A DNA stretch of 32,933 bases from Azolla caroliniana (Eukaryota > Plantae > Polypodiophyta). Position numbers and translations under genes: made by a program. Within the stretch, counting starts at the first letter, position 1. Every line of letters begins with the position of its first letter. Under the pieces are notes generated by a model that was not told where the DNA came from, ran no database searches, and saw only the letters and a list, made by a program, of their open reading frames with translations. This document shows, one piece after another, positions 10,839 to 23,946 of the stretch. The stretch lies in NCBI GenBank assembly GCA_043228905.1, contig JBHGNT010000343.1:1-32933 (forward strand). Reading direction: 5' to 3'.

Positions 10839-10911
10839 CGATCCTACTAGGGGTCGAACCTAGAATCTTTGGTTTCGAAGACCAACGCCTTATCCATTAG
10901 GCCATAGGATC
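10839..10911 (-). tRNA. tRNA-Arg(TCG)
   Basis: Same as 174-246. Confidence 0.96.
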
Positions 10912-11674
10912 TTCGACCATTCATCGAAACGTGAAAGGAATGAAGATCTCGCACGTGATCGGATAGGATCTCTCATTTCTCATCATATTTCTTGATCATC
11001 GTATTTTTCATGGGATCTCTTGTCACTTACCTTACCATTCTATTACTCGCCACATTACGGAGATGCGCTTAAATGGGTTTATCGGATAAAGGTATGCGGT
11101 GTGACGCATGCAATGCAATCCATAGAAAAGCATGCATGAACCATACAAATGACCTTCGAGAAGAGTTTTCGTCTCAAACTGTCAATCTCCGATGTGTAGA
11201 TACTGTTCTCGTCTCATGATACCGGCCGCTAGGTTCTTCCACTCGTACGTAAATTTGCATCGTTGAATCTCGAATACGCGCATTCTACTCTAACCAAATG
11301 AAGAGTATCGCGCATGCGACGTCTTAGCGGTGGCCTTCGTGTAGATTGTTTCTAAATTTCAAACGACGTCATCCTTGTTGAGGACCACGTCCAAATACAC
11401 ATCATACAACGACTGGGCGTCATCACATTCTTGCGTCTACTCGCTTGTATTCAAACCAGGCCAGACAGGAGCACGGCGAGCGTAAGCAAGAAAGGCATTG
11501 TTCATATGTTCCCTCGAGCGAATGCGCATCAGAAATATGTGAACGGCATCGTCGTGATCGATGATTACGTTCAAATACGCGATGTTATCCCTTCCCCAAG
11601 GGATCCACGCATGTATTGATTGCGCAACAGTCTCGTTGTATTCCGATTCTCGAGAAGCGGAACCTAATCCTAAT

Positions 11675-11747
11675 CGATCCTACCAGGGATCGAACCTAGA
11701 ATCTCTGGTTTCGTAGACCAGCGCCTTATCCATTGGGCCATAGGATC
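11675..11747 (-). tRNA. tRNA-Arg(ACG)
   Basis: Same as 1010-1082. Confidence 0.96.
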
Positions 11748-12023
11748 TTCGGTTTTCCATTGGAAAATGTACTTCCATTGAGGATCGCGATGGACATGCG
11801 ATGCACTTTTGATGAGGAATTTGTGCCGGATAAACCGTTCCATTTCTTTTACCTATTAAACATCATCATCCTCGTAAATGAATGCATCCATTAAGCCAAA
11901 ACAGCGGATACAAGATCCGCGCATTTTCTAGACGGTCGAGACGGATGCGCATTATGACTCCGTGAATGATCCTTGGTCGTCGTGTTCTTGATGTCGACGT
12001 ACACTAGGGTCACGATTCTAAAC

Positions 12024-12096
12024 CGATCCTACTAGGGGTCGAACCTAGAATCTTTGGTTTCGAAGACCAACGCCTTATCCATTAGGCCATAGGATC
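12024..12096 (-). tRNA. tRNA-Arg(TCG)
   Basis: Same as 174-246. Confidence 0.96.
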
Positions 12097-12859
12097 TTCG
12101 ACCATTCATCGAAACGTGAAAGGAATGAAGATCTCGCACGTGATCGGATAGGATCTCTCATTTCTCATCATATTTCTTGATCATCGTATTTTTCATGGGA
12201 TCTCTTGTCACTTACCTTACCATTCTATTACTCGCCACATTACGGAGATGCGCTTAAATGGGTTTATCGGATAAAGGTATGCGGTGTGACGCATGCAATG
12301 CAATCCATAGAAAAGCATGCATGAACCATACAAATGACCTTCGAGAAGAGTTTTCGTCTCAAACTGTCAATCTCCGATGTGTAGATACCGTTCTCGTCTC
12401 ATGATACCGGCCGCTAGGTTCTTCCACTCGTACGTAAATTTGCATCGTTGAATCTCGAATACGCGCATTCTACTCTAACCAAATGAAGAGTATCGCGCAT
12501 GCGACGTCTTAGCGGTGGCCTTCGTGTAGATTGTTTCTAAATTTCAAACGACGTCATCCTTGTTGAGGACCACGTCCAAATACACATCATACAACGACTG
12601 GGCGTCATCACATTCTTGCGTCTACTCGCTTGTATTCAAACCAGGCCAGACAGGAGCACGGCGAGCGTAAGCAAGAAAGGCATTGTTCATATGTTCCCTC
12701 GAGCGAATGCGCATCAGAAATATGTGAACGGCATCGTCGTGATCGATGATTACGTTCAAATACGCGATGTTATCCCTTCCCCAAGGGATCCACGCATGTA
12801 TTGATTGCGCAACAGTCTCGTTGTATTCCGATTCTCGAGAAGCGGAACCTAATCCTAAT

Positions 12860-12932
12860 CGATCCTACCAGGGATCGAACCTAGAATCTCTGGTTTCGTA
12901 GACCAGCGCCTTATCCATTGGGCCATAGGATC
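12860..12932 (-). tRNA. tRNA-Arg(ACG)
   Basis: Same as 1010-1082. Confidence 0.96.
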
Positions 12933-13208
12933 TTCGGTTTTCCATTGGAAAATGTACTTCCATTGAGGATCGCGATGGACATGCGATGCACTTTTGATGA
13001 GGAATTTGTGCCGGATAAACCGTTCCATTTCTTTTACCTATTAAACATCATCATCCTCGTAAATGAATGCATCCATTAAGCCAAAACAGCGGATACAAGA
13101 TCCGCGCATTTTCTAGACGGTCGAGACGGATGCGCATTATGACTCCGTGAATGATCCTTGGTCGTCGTGTTCTTGATGTCGACGTACACTAGGGTCACGA
13201 TTCTAAAC

Positions 13209-13281
13209 CGATCCTACTAGGGGTCGAACCTAGAATCTTTGGTTTCGAAGACCAACGCCTTATCCATTAGGCCATAGGATC
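13209..13281 (-). tRNA. tRNA-Arg(TCG)
   Basis: Same as 174-246. Confidence 0.96.
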
Positions 13282-14044
13282 TTCGACCATTCATCGAAAC
13301 GTGAAAGGAATGAAGATCTCGCACGTGATCGGATAGGATCTCTCATTTCTCATCATATTTCTTGATCATCGTATTTTTCATGGGATCTCTTGTCACTTAC
13401 CTTACCATTCTATTACTCGCCACATTACGGAGATGCGCTTAAATGGGTTTATCGGATAAAGGTATGCGGTGTGACGCATGCAATGCAATCCATAGAAAAG
13501 CATGCATGAACCATACAAATGACCTTCGAGAAGAGTTTTCGTCTCAAACTGTCAATCTCCGATGTGTAGATACCGTTCTCGTCTCATGATACCGGCCGCT
13601 AGGTTCTTCCACTCGTACGTAAATTTGCATCGTTGAATCTCGAATACGCGCATTCTACTCTAACCAAATGAAGAGTATCGCGCATGCGACGTCTTAGCGG
13701 TGGCCTTCGTGTAGATTGTTTCTAAATTTCAAACGACGTCATCCTTGTTGAGGACCACGTCCAAATACACATCATACAACGACTGGGCGTCATCACATTC
13801 TTGCGTCTACTCGCTTGTATTCAAACCAGGCCAGACAGGAGCACGGCGAGCGTAAGCAAGAAAGGCATTGTTCATATGTTCCCTCGAGCGAATGCGCATC
13901 AGAAATATGTGAACGGCATCGTCGTGATCGATGATTACGTTCAAATACGCGATGTTATCCCTTCCCCAAGGGATCCACGCATGTATTGATTGCGCAACAG
14001 TCTCGTTGTATTCCGATTCTCGAGAAGCGGAACCTAATCCTAAT

Positions 14045-14117
14045 CGATCCTACCAGGGATCGAACCTAGAATCTCTGGTTTCGTAGACCAGCGCCTTATC
14101 CATTGGGCCATAGGATC
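14045..14117 (-). tRNA. tRNA-Arg(ACG)
   Basis: Same as 1010-1082. Confidence 0.96.
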
Positions 14118-14393
14118 TTCGGTTTTCCATTGGAAAATGTACTTCCATTGAGGATCGCGATGGACATGCGATGCACTTTTGATGAGGAATTTGTGCCGGA
14201 TAAACCGTTCCATTTCTTTTACCTATTAAACATCATCATCCTCGTAAATGAATGCATCCATTAAGCCAAAACAGCGGATACAAGATCCGCGCATTTTCTA
14301 GACGGTCGAGACGGATGCGCATTATGACTCCGTGAATGATCCTTGGTCGTCGTGTTCTTGATGTCGACGTACACTAGGGTCACGATTCTAAAC

Positions 14394-14466
14394 CGATCCT
14401 ACTAGGGGTCGAACCTAGAATCTTTGGTTTCGAAGACCAACGCCTTATCCATTAGGCCATAGGATC
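14394..14466 (-). tRNA. tRNA-Arg(TCG)
   Basis: Same as 174-246. Confidence 0.96.
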
Positions 14467-15229
14467 TTCGACCATTCATCGAAACGTGAAAGGAATGAAG
14501 ATCTCGCACGTGATCGGATAGGATCTCTCATTTCTCATCATATTTCTTGATCATCGTATTTTTCATGGGATCTCTTGTCACTTACCTTACCATTCTATTA
14601 CTCGCCACATTACGGAGATGCGCTTAAATGGGTTTATCGGATAAAGGTATGCGGTGTGACGCATGCAATGCAATCCATAGAAAAGCATGCATGAACCATA
14701 CAAATGACCTTCGAGAAGAGTTTTCGTCTCAAACTGTCAATCTCCGATGTGTAGATACCGTTCTCGTCTCATGATACCGGCCGCTAGGTTCTTCCACTCG
14801 TACGTAAATTTGCATCGTTGAATCTCGAATACGCGCATTCTACTCTAACCAAATGAAGAGTATCGCGCATGCGACGTCTTAGCGGTGGCCTTCGTGTAGA
14901 TTGTTTCTAAATTTCAAACGACGTCATCCTTGTTGAGGACCACGTCCAAATACACATCATACAACGACTGGGCGTCATCACATTCTTGCGTCTACTCGCT
15001 TGTATTCAAACCAGGCCAGACAGGAGCACGGCGAGCGTAAGCAAGAAAGGCATTGTTCATATGTTCCCTCGAGCGAATGCGCATCAGAAATATGTGAACG
15101 GCATCGTCGTGATCGATGATTACGTTCAAATACGCGATGTTATCCCTTCCCCAAGGGATCCACGCATGTATTGATTGCGCAACAGTCTCGTTGTATTCCG
15201 ATTCTCGAGAAGCGGAACCTAATCCTAAT

Positions 15230-15302
15230 CGATCCTACCAGGGATCGAACCTAGAATCTCTGGTTTCGTAGACCAGCGCCTTATCCATTGGGCCATAGGA
15301 TC
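15230..15302 (-). tRNA. tRNA-Arg(ACG)
   Basis: Same as 1010-1082. Confidence 0.96.
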
Positions 15303-15578
15303 TTCGGTTTTCCATTGGAAAATGTACTTCCATTGAGGATCGCGATGGACATGCGATGCACTTTTGATGAGGAATTTGTGCCGGATAAACCGTTCCATTT
15401 CTTTTACCTATTAAACATCATCATCCTCGTAAATGAATGCATCCATTAAGCCAAAACAGCGGATACAAGATCCGCGCATTTTCTAGACGGTCGAGACGGA
15501 TGCGCATTATGACTCCGTGAATGATCCTTGGTCGTCGTGTTCTTGATGTCGACGTACACTAGGGTCACGATTCTAAAC

Positions 15579-15651
15579 CGATCCTACTAGGGGTCGAACC
15601 TAGAATCTTTGGTTTCGAAGACCAACGCCTTATCCATTAGGCCATAGGATC
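15579..15651 (-). tRNA. tRNA-Arg(TCG)
   Basis: Same as 174-246. Confidence 0.96.
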
Positions 15652-16414
15652 TTCGACCATTCATCGAAACGTGAAAGGAATGAAGATCTCGCACGTGATC
15701 GGATAGGATCTCTCATTTCTCATCATATTTCTTGATCATCGTATTTTTCATGGGATCTCTTGTCACTTACCTTACCATTCTATTACTCGCCACATTACGG
15801 AGATGCGCTTAAATGGGTTTATCGGATAAAGGTATGCGGTGTGACGCATGCAATGCAATCCATAGAAAAGCATGCATGAACCATACAAATGACCTTCGAG
15901 AAGAGTTTTCGTCTCAAACTGTCAATCTCCGATGTGTAGATACCGTTCTCGTCTCATGATACCGGCCGCTAGGTTCTTCCACTCGTACGTAAATTTGCAT
16001 CGTTGAATCTCGAATACGCGCATTCTACTCTAACCAAATGAAGAGTATCGCGCATGCGACGTCTTAGCGGTGGCCTTCGTGTAGATTGTTTCTAAATTTC
16101 AAACGACGTCATCCTTGTTGAGGACCACGTCCAAATACACATCATACAACGACTGGGCGTCATCACATTCTTGCGTCTACTCGCTTGTATTCAAACCAGG
16201 CCAGACAGGAGCACGGCGAGCGTAAGCAAGAAAGGCATTGTTCATATGTTCCCTCGAGCGAATGCGCATCAGAAATATGTGAACGACATCGTCGTGATCG
16301 ATGATTACGTTCAAATACGCGATGTTATCCCTTCCCCAAGGGATCCACGCATGTATTGATTGCGCAACAGTCTCGTTGTATTCCGATTCTCGAGAAGCGG
16401 AACCTAATCCTAAT

Positions 16415-16487
16415 CGATCCTACCAGGGATCGAACCTAGAATCTCTGGTTTCGTAGACCAGCGCCTTATCCATTGGGCCATAGGATC
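16415..16487 (-). tRNA. tRNA-Arg(ACG)
   Basis: Same as 1010-1082. Confidence 0.96.
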
Positions 16488-16763
16488 TTCGGTTTTCCAT
16501 TGGAAAATGTACTTCCATTGAGGATCGCGATGGACATGCGATGCACTTTTGATGAGGAATTTGTGCCGGATAAACCGTTCCATTTCTTTTACCTATTAAA
16601 CATCATCATCCTCGTAAATGAATGCATCCATTAAGCCAAAACAGCGGATACAAGATCCGCGCATTTTCTAGACGGTCGAGACGGATGCGCATTATGACTC
16701 CGTGAATGATCCTTGGTCGTCGTGTTCTTGATGTCGACGTACACTAGGGTCACGATTCTAAAC

Positions 16764-16836
16764 CGATCCTACTAGGGGTCGAACCTAGAATCTTTGGTTT
16801 CGAAGACCAACGCCTTATCCATTAGGCCATAGGATC
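16764..16836 (-). tRNA. tRNA-Arg(TCG)
   Basis: Same as 174-246. Confidence 0.96.
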
Positions 16837-17599
16837 TTCGACCATTCATCGAAACGTGAAAGGAATGAAGATCTCGCACGTGATCGGATAGGATCTCTCA
16901 TTTCTCATCATATTTCTTGATCATCGTATTTTTCATGGGATCTCTTGTCACTTACCTTACCATTCTATTACTCGCCACATTACGGAGATGCGCTTAAATG
17001 GGTTTATCGGATAAAGGTATGCGGTGTGACGCATGCAATGCAATCCATAGAAAAGCATGCATGAACCATACAAATGACCTTCGAGAAGAGTTTTCGTCTC
17101 AAACTGTCAATCTCCGATGTGTAGATACCGTTCTCGTCTCATGATACCGGCCGCTAGGTTCTTCCACTCGTACGTAAATTTGCATCGTTGAATCTCGAAT
17201 ACGCGCATTCTACTCTAACCAAATGAAGAGTATCGCGCATGCGACGTCTTAGCGGTGGCCTTCGTGTAGATTGTTTCTAAATTTCAAACGACGTCATCCT
17301 TGTTGAGGACCACGTCCAAATACACATCATACAACGACTGGGCGTCATCACATTCTTGCGTCTACTCGCTTGTATTCAAACCAGGCCAGACAGGAGCACG
17401 GCGAGCGTAAGCAAGAAAGGCATTGTTCATATGTTCCCTCGAGCGAATGCGCATCAGAAATATGTGAACGGCATCGTCGTGATCGATGATTACGTTCAAA
17501 TACGCGATGTTATCCCTTCCCCAAGGGATCCACGCATGTATTGATTGCGCAACAGTCTCGTTGTATTCCGATTCTCGAGAAGCGGAACCTCATCCTCAT

Positions 17600-17672
17600 C
17601 GATCCTACCAGGGATCGAACCTAGAATCTCTGGTTTCGTAGACCAGCGCCTTATCCATTGGGCCATAGGATC
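17600..17672 (-). tRNA. tRNA-Arg(ACG)
   Basis: Same as 1010-1082; variant 3' trailer. Confidence 0.96.
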
Positions 17673-17948
17673 TTCGGTTTTCCATTGGAAAATGTACTTC
17701 CATTGAGGATCGCGATGGACATGCGATGCACTTTTGATGAGGAATTTGTGCCGGATAAACCGTTCCATTTCTTTTACCTATTAAACATCATCATCCTCGT
17801 AAATGAATGCATCCATTAAGCCAAAACAGCGGATACAAGATCCGCGCATTTTCTAGACGGTCGAGACGGATGCGCATTATGACTCCGTGAATGATCCTTG
17901 GTCGTCGTGTTCTTGATGTCGACGTACACTAGGGTCACGATTCTAAAC

Positions 17949-18021
17949 CGATCCTACTAGGGGTCGAACCTAGAATCTTTGGTTTCGAAGACCAACGCCT
18001 TATCCATTAGGCCATAGGATC
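17949..18021 (-). tRNA. tRNA-Arg(TCG)
   Basis: Same as 174-246. Confidence 0.96.
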
Positions 18022-18784
18022 TTCGACCATTCATCGAAACGTGAAAGGAATGAAGATCTCGCACGTGATCGGATAGGATCTCTCATTTCTCATCATATTT
18101 CTTGATCATCGTATTTTTCATGGGATCTCTTGTCACTTACCTTACCATTCTATTACTCGCCACATTACGGAGATGCGCTTAAATGGGTTTATCGGATAAA
18201 GGTATGCGGTGTGACGCATGCAATGCAATCCATAGAAAAGCATGCATGAACCATACAAATGACCTTCGAGAAGAGTTTTCGTCTCAAACTGTCAATCTCC
18301 GATGTGTAGATACCGTTCTCGTCTCATGATACCGGCCGCTAGGTTCTTCCACTCGTACGTAAATTTGCATCGTTGAATCTCGAATACGCGCATTCTACTC
18401 TAACCAAATGAAGAGTATCGCGCATGCGACGTCTTAGCGGTGGCCTTCGTGTAGATTGTTTCTAAATTTCAAACGACGTCATCCTTGTTGAGGACCACGT
18501 CCAAATACACATCATACAACGACTGGGCGTCATCACATTCTTGCGTCTACTCGCTTGTATTCAAACCAGGCCAGACAGGAGCACGGCGAGCGTAAGCAAG
18601 AAAGGCATTGTTCATATGTTCCCTCGAGCGAATGCGCATCAGAAATATGTGAACGGCATCGTCGTGATCGATGATTACGTTCAAATACGCGATGTTATCC
18701 CTTCCCCAAGGGATCCACGCATGTATTGATTGCGCAACAGTCTCGTTGTATTCCGATTCTCGAGAAGCGGAACCTCATCCTCAT

Positions 18785-18857
18785 CGATCCTACCAGGGAT
18801 CGAACCTAGAATCTCTGGTTTCGTAGACCAGCGCCTTATCCATTGGGCCATAGGATC
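18785..18857 (-). tRNA. tRNA-Arg(ACG)
   Basis: Same as 1010-1082; variant 3' trailer. Confidence 0.96.
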
Positions 18858-19133
18858 TTCGGTTTTCCATTGGAAAATGTACTTCCATTGAGGATCGCGA
18901 TGGACATGCGATGCACTTTTGATGAGGAATTTGCGCCGGATAAACCGTTCCATTTCTTTTACCTATTAAACATCATCATCCTCGTAAATGAATGCATCCA
19001 TTAAGCCAAAACAGCGGATACAAGATCCGCGCATTTTCTAGACGGTCGAGACGGATGCGCATTATGACTCCGTGAATGATCCTTGGTCGTCGTGTTCTTG
19101 ATGTCGACGTACACTAGGGTCACGATTCTAAAC

Positions 19134-19206
19134 CGATCCTACTAGGGGTCGAACCTAGAATCTTTGGTTTCGAAGACCGACGCCTTATCCATTAGGCCAT
19201 AGGATC
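19134..19206 (-). tRNA. tRNA-Arg(TCG) variant (T28C, C28-A42 mismatch in anticodon stem)
   Basis: As 174-246 except a>g at 19179. Confidence 0.9.
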
Positions 19207-19969
19207 TTCGACCATTCATCGAAACGTGAAAGGAATGAAGATCTCGCACGTGATCGGATAGGATCTCTCATTTCTCATCATATTTCTTGATCATCGTATT
19301 TTTCATGGGATCTCTTGTCACTTACCTTACCATTCTATTACTCGCCACATTACGGAGATGCGCTTAAATGGGTTTATCGGATAAAGGTATGCGGTGTGAC
19401 GCATGCAATGCAATCCATAGAAAAGCATGCATGAACCATACAAATGACCTTCGAGAAGAGTTTTCGTCTCAAACTGTCAATCTCCGATGTGTAGATACCG
19501 TTCCCGTCTCATGATACCGGCCGCTAGGTTCTTCCACTCGTACGTAAATTTGCATCGTTGAATCTCGAATACGCGCATTCTACTCTAACCAAATGAAGAG
19601 TATCGCGCATGCGACGTCTTAGCGGTGGCCTTCGTGTAGATTGTTTCTAAATTTCAAACGACGTCATCCTTGTTGAGGACCACGTCCAAATACACATCAT
19701 ACAACGACTGGGCGTCATCACATTCTTGCGTCTACTCGCTTGTATTCAAACCAGGCCAGACAGGAGCACGGCGAGCGTAAGCAAGAAAGGCATTGTTCAT
19801 ATGTTCCCTCGAGCGAATGCGCATCAGAAATATGTGAACGGCATCGTCGTGATCGATGATTACGTTCAAATACGCGATGTTATCCCTTCCCCAAGGGATC
19901 CACGCATGTATTGATTGCGCAACAGTCTCGTTGTATTCCGATTCTCGAGAAGCGGAACCTGATCCTAAT

Positions 19970-20042
19970 CGATCCTACCAGGGATCGAACCTAGAATCTC
20001 TGGTTTCGTAGACCAGCGCCTTATCCATTGGGCCATAGGATC
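19970..20042 (-). tRNA. tRNA-Arg(ACG)
   Basis: Same as 1010-1082. Confidence 0.96.
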
Positions 20043-20318
20043 TTCGGTTTTCCATTGGAAAATGTACTTCCATTGAGGATCGCGATGGACATGCGATGCA
20101 CTTTTGATGAGGAATTTGCGCCGGATAAACCGTTCCATTTCTCTTACCTATTAAACATCATCATCCTCGTAAATGAATGCATCCATTAAGCCAAAACAGC
20201 GGATACAAGATCCGCGCATTTTCTAGACGGTCGAGACGGATGCGCATTATGACTCCGTGAATGATCCTTGGTCGTCGTGTTCTTGATGTCGACGTACACT
20301 AGGGTCACGATTCTAAAC

Positions 20319-20391
20319 CGATCCTACTAGGGGTCGAACCTAGAATCTTTGGTTTCGAAGACCAACGCCTTATCCATTAGGCCATAGGATC
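20319..20391 (-). tRNA. tRNA-Arg(TCG)
   Basis: Same as 174-246. Confidence 0.96.
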
Positions 20392-21154
20392 TTCGACCAT
20401 TCATCGAAACGTGAAAGGAATGAAGATCTCGCACGTGATCGGATAGGATCTCTCATTTCTCATCATATTTCTTGATCATCGTATTTTTCATGGGATCTCT
20501 TGTCACTTACCTTACCATTCTATTACTCGCCACATTACGGAGATGCGCTTAAATGGGTTTATCGGATAAAGGTATGCGGTGTGACGCATGCAATGCAATC
20601 CATAGAAAAGCATGCATGAACCATACAAATGACCTTCGAGAAGAGTTTTCGTCTCAAACTGTCAATCTCCGATGTGTAGATACCGTTCTCGTCTCATGAT
20701 ACCGGCCGCTAGGTTCTTCCACTCGTACGTAAATTTGCATCGTTGAATCTCGAATACGCGCATTCTACTCTAACCAAATGAAGAGTATCGCGCATGCGAC
20801 GTCTTAGCGGTGGCCTTCGTGTAGATTGTTTCTAAATTTCAAACGACGTCATCCTTGTTGAGGACCACGTCCAAATACACATCATACAACGACTGGGCGT
20901 CATCACATTCTTGCGTCTACTCGCTTGTATTCAAACCAGGCCAGACAGGAGCACGGCGAGCGTAAGCAAGAAAGGCATTGTTCATATGTTCCCTCGAGCG
21001 AATGCGCATCAGAAATATGTGAACGGCATCGTCGTGATCGATGATTACGTTCAAATACGCGATGTTATCCCTTCCCCAAGGGATCCACGCATGTATTGAT
21101 TGCGCAACAGTCTCGTTGTATTCCGATTCTCGAGAAGCGGAACCTAATCCTAAT

Positions 21155-21227
21155 CGATCCTACCAGGGATCGAACCTAGAATCTCTGGTTTCGTAGACCA
21201 GCGCCTTATCCATTGGGCCATAGGATC
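21155..21227 (-). tRNA. tRNA-Arg(ACG)
   Basis: Same as 1010-1082. Confidence 0.96.
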
Positions 21228-21503
21228 TTCGGTTTTCCATTGGAAAATGTACTTCCATTGAGGATCGCGATGGACATGCGATGCACTTTTGATGAGGAAT
21301 TTGTGCCGGATAAACCGTTCCATTTCTTTTACCTATTAAACATCATCATCCTCGTAAATGAATGCATCCATTAAGCCAAAACAGCGGATACAAGATCCGC
21401 GCATTTTCTAGACGGTCGAGACGGATGCGCATTATGACTCCGTGAATGATCCTTGGTCGTCGTGTTCTTGATGTCGACGTACACTAGGGTCACGATTCTA
21501 AAC

Positions 21504-21576
21504 CGATCCTACTAGGGGTCGAACCTAGAATCTTTGGTTTCGAAGACCAACGCCTTATCCATTAGGCCATAGGATC
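21504..21576 (-). tRNA. tRNA-Arg(TCG)
   Basis: Same as 174-246. Confidence 0.96.
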
Positions 21577-22339
21577 TTCGACCATTCATCGAAACGTGAA
21601 AGGAATGAAGATCTCGCACGTGATCGGATAGGATCTCTCATTTCTCATCATATTTCTTGATCATCGTATTTTTCATGGGATCTCTTGTCACTTACCTTAC
21701 CATTCTATTACTCGCCACATTACGGAGATGCGCTTAAATGGGTTTATCGGATAAAGGTATGCGGTGTGACGCATGCAATGCAATCCATAGAAAAGCATGC
21801 ATGAACCATACAAATGACCTTCGAGAAGAGTTTTCGTCTCAAACTGTCAATCTCCGATGTGTAGATACCGTTCTCGTCTCATGATACCGGCCGCTAGGTT
21901 CTTCCACTCGTACGTAAATTTGCATCGTTGAATCTCGAATACGCGCATTCTACTCTAACCAAATGAAGAGTATCGCGCATGCGACGTCTTAGCGGTGGCC
22001 TTCGTGTAGATTGTTTCTAAATTTCAAACGACGTCATCCTTGTTGAGGACCACGTCCAAATACACATCATACAACGACTGGGCGTCATCACATTCTTGCG
22101 TCTACTCGCTTGTATTCAAACCAGGCCAGACAGGAGCACGGCGAGCGTAAGCAAGAAAGGCATTGTTCATATGTTCCCTCGAGCGAATGCGCATCAGAAA
22201 TATGTGAACGGCATCGTCGTGATCGATGATTACGTTCAAATACGCGATGTTATCCCTTCCCCAAGGGATCCACGCATGTATTGATTGCGCAACAGTCTCG
22301 TTGTATTCCGATTCTCGAGAAGCGGAACCTAATCCTAAT

Positions 22340-22412
22340 CGATCCTACCAGGGATCGAACCTAGAATCTCTGGTTTCGTAGACCAGCGCCTTATCCATTG
22401 GGCCATAGGATC
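22340..22412 (-). tRNA. tRNA-Arg(ACG)
   Basis: Same as 1010-1082. Confidence 0.96.
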
Positions 22413-22688
22413 TTCGGTTTTCCATTGGAAAATGTACTTCCATTGAGGATCGCGATGGACATGCGATGCACTTTTGATGAGGAATTTGTGCCGGATAAAC
22501 CGTTCCATTTCTTTTACCTATTAAACATCATCATCCTCGTAAATGAATGCATCCATTAAGCCAAAACAGCGGATACAAGATCCGCGCATTTTCTAGACGG
22601 TCGAGACGGATGCGCATTATGACTCCGTGAATGATCCTTGGTCGTCGTGTTCTTGATGTCGACGTACACTAGGGTCACGATTCTAAAC

Positions 22689-22761
22689 CGATCCTACTAG
22701 GGGTCGAACCTAGAATCTTTGGTTTCGAAGACCAACGCCTTATCCATTAGGCCATAGGATC
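22689..22761 (-). tRNA. tRNA-Arg(TCG)
   Basis: Same as 174-246. Confidence 0.96.
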
Positions 22762-23524
22762 TTCGACCATTCATCGAAACGTGAAAGGAATGAAGATCTC
22801 GCACGTGATCGGATAGGATCTCTCATTTCTCATCATATTTCTTGATCATCGTATTTTTCATGGGATCTCTTGTCACTTACCTTACCATTCTATTACTCGC
22901 CACATTACGGAGATGCGCTTAAATGGGTTTATCGGATAAAGGTATGCGGTGTGACGCATGCAATGCAATCCATAGAAAAGCATGCATGAACCATACAAAT
23001 GACCTTCGAGAAGAGTTTTCGTCTCAAACTGTCAATCTCCGATGTGTAGATACCGTTCTCGTCTCATGATACCGGCCGCTAGGTTCTTCCACTCGTACGT
23101 AAATTTGCATCGTTGAATCTCGAATACGCGCATTCTACTCTAACCAAATGAAGAGTATCGCGCATGCGACGTCTTAGCGGTGGCCTTCGTGTAGATTGTT
23201 TCTAAATTTCAAACGACGTCATCCTTGTTGAGGACCACGTCCAAATACACATCATACAACGACTGGGCGTCATCACATTCTTGCGTCTACTCGCTTGTAT
23301 TCAAACCAGGCCAGACAGGAGCACGGCGAGCGTAAGCAAGAAAGGCATTGTTCATATGTTCCCTCGAGCGAATGCGCATCAGAAATATGTGAACGGCATC
23401 GTCGTGATCGATGATTACGTTCAAATACGCGATGTTATCCCTTCCCCAAGGGATCCACGCATGTATTGATTGCGCAACAGTCTCGTTGTATTCCGATTCT
23501 CGAGAAGCGGAACCTAATCCTAAT

Positions 23525-23597
23525 CGATCCTACCAGGGATCGAACCTAGAATCTCTGGTTTCGTAGACCAGCGCCTTATCCATTGGGCCATAGGATC
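23525..23597 (-). tRNA. tRNA-Arg(ACG)
   Basis: Same as 1010-1082. Confidence 0.96.
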
Positions 23598-23873
23598 TTC
23601 GGTTTTCCATTGGAAAATGTACTTCCATTGAGGATCGCGATGGACATGCGATGCACTTTTGATGAGGAATTTGTGCCGGATAAACCGTTCCATTTCTTTT
23701 ACCTATTAAACATCATCATCCTCGTAAATGAATGCATCCATTAAGCCAAAACAGCGGATACAAGATCCGCGCATTTTCTAGACGGTCGAGACGGATGCGC
23801 ATTATGACTCCGTGAATGATCCTTGGTCGTCGTGTTCTTGATGTCGACGTACACTAGGGTCACGATTCTAAAC

Positions 23874-23946
23874 CGATCCTACTAGGGGTCGAACCTAGAA
23901 TCTTTGGTTTCGAAGACCAACGCCTTATCCATTAGGCCATAGGATC
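23874..23946 (-). tRNA. tRNA-Arg(TCG)
   Basis: Same as 174-246. Confidence 0.96.

Noticed and set aside
17496-18953. 90-aa minus-strand ORFs in copies 15 and 16
   Set aside because: They read through the tRNA-Arg(ACG) gene (MAQWIRRWSTKPEILGSIP is translated tRNA). They open only because two TAG stops become GAG in the variant hexamers.
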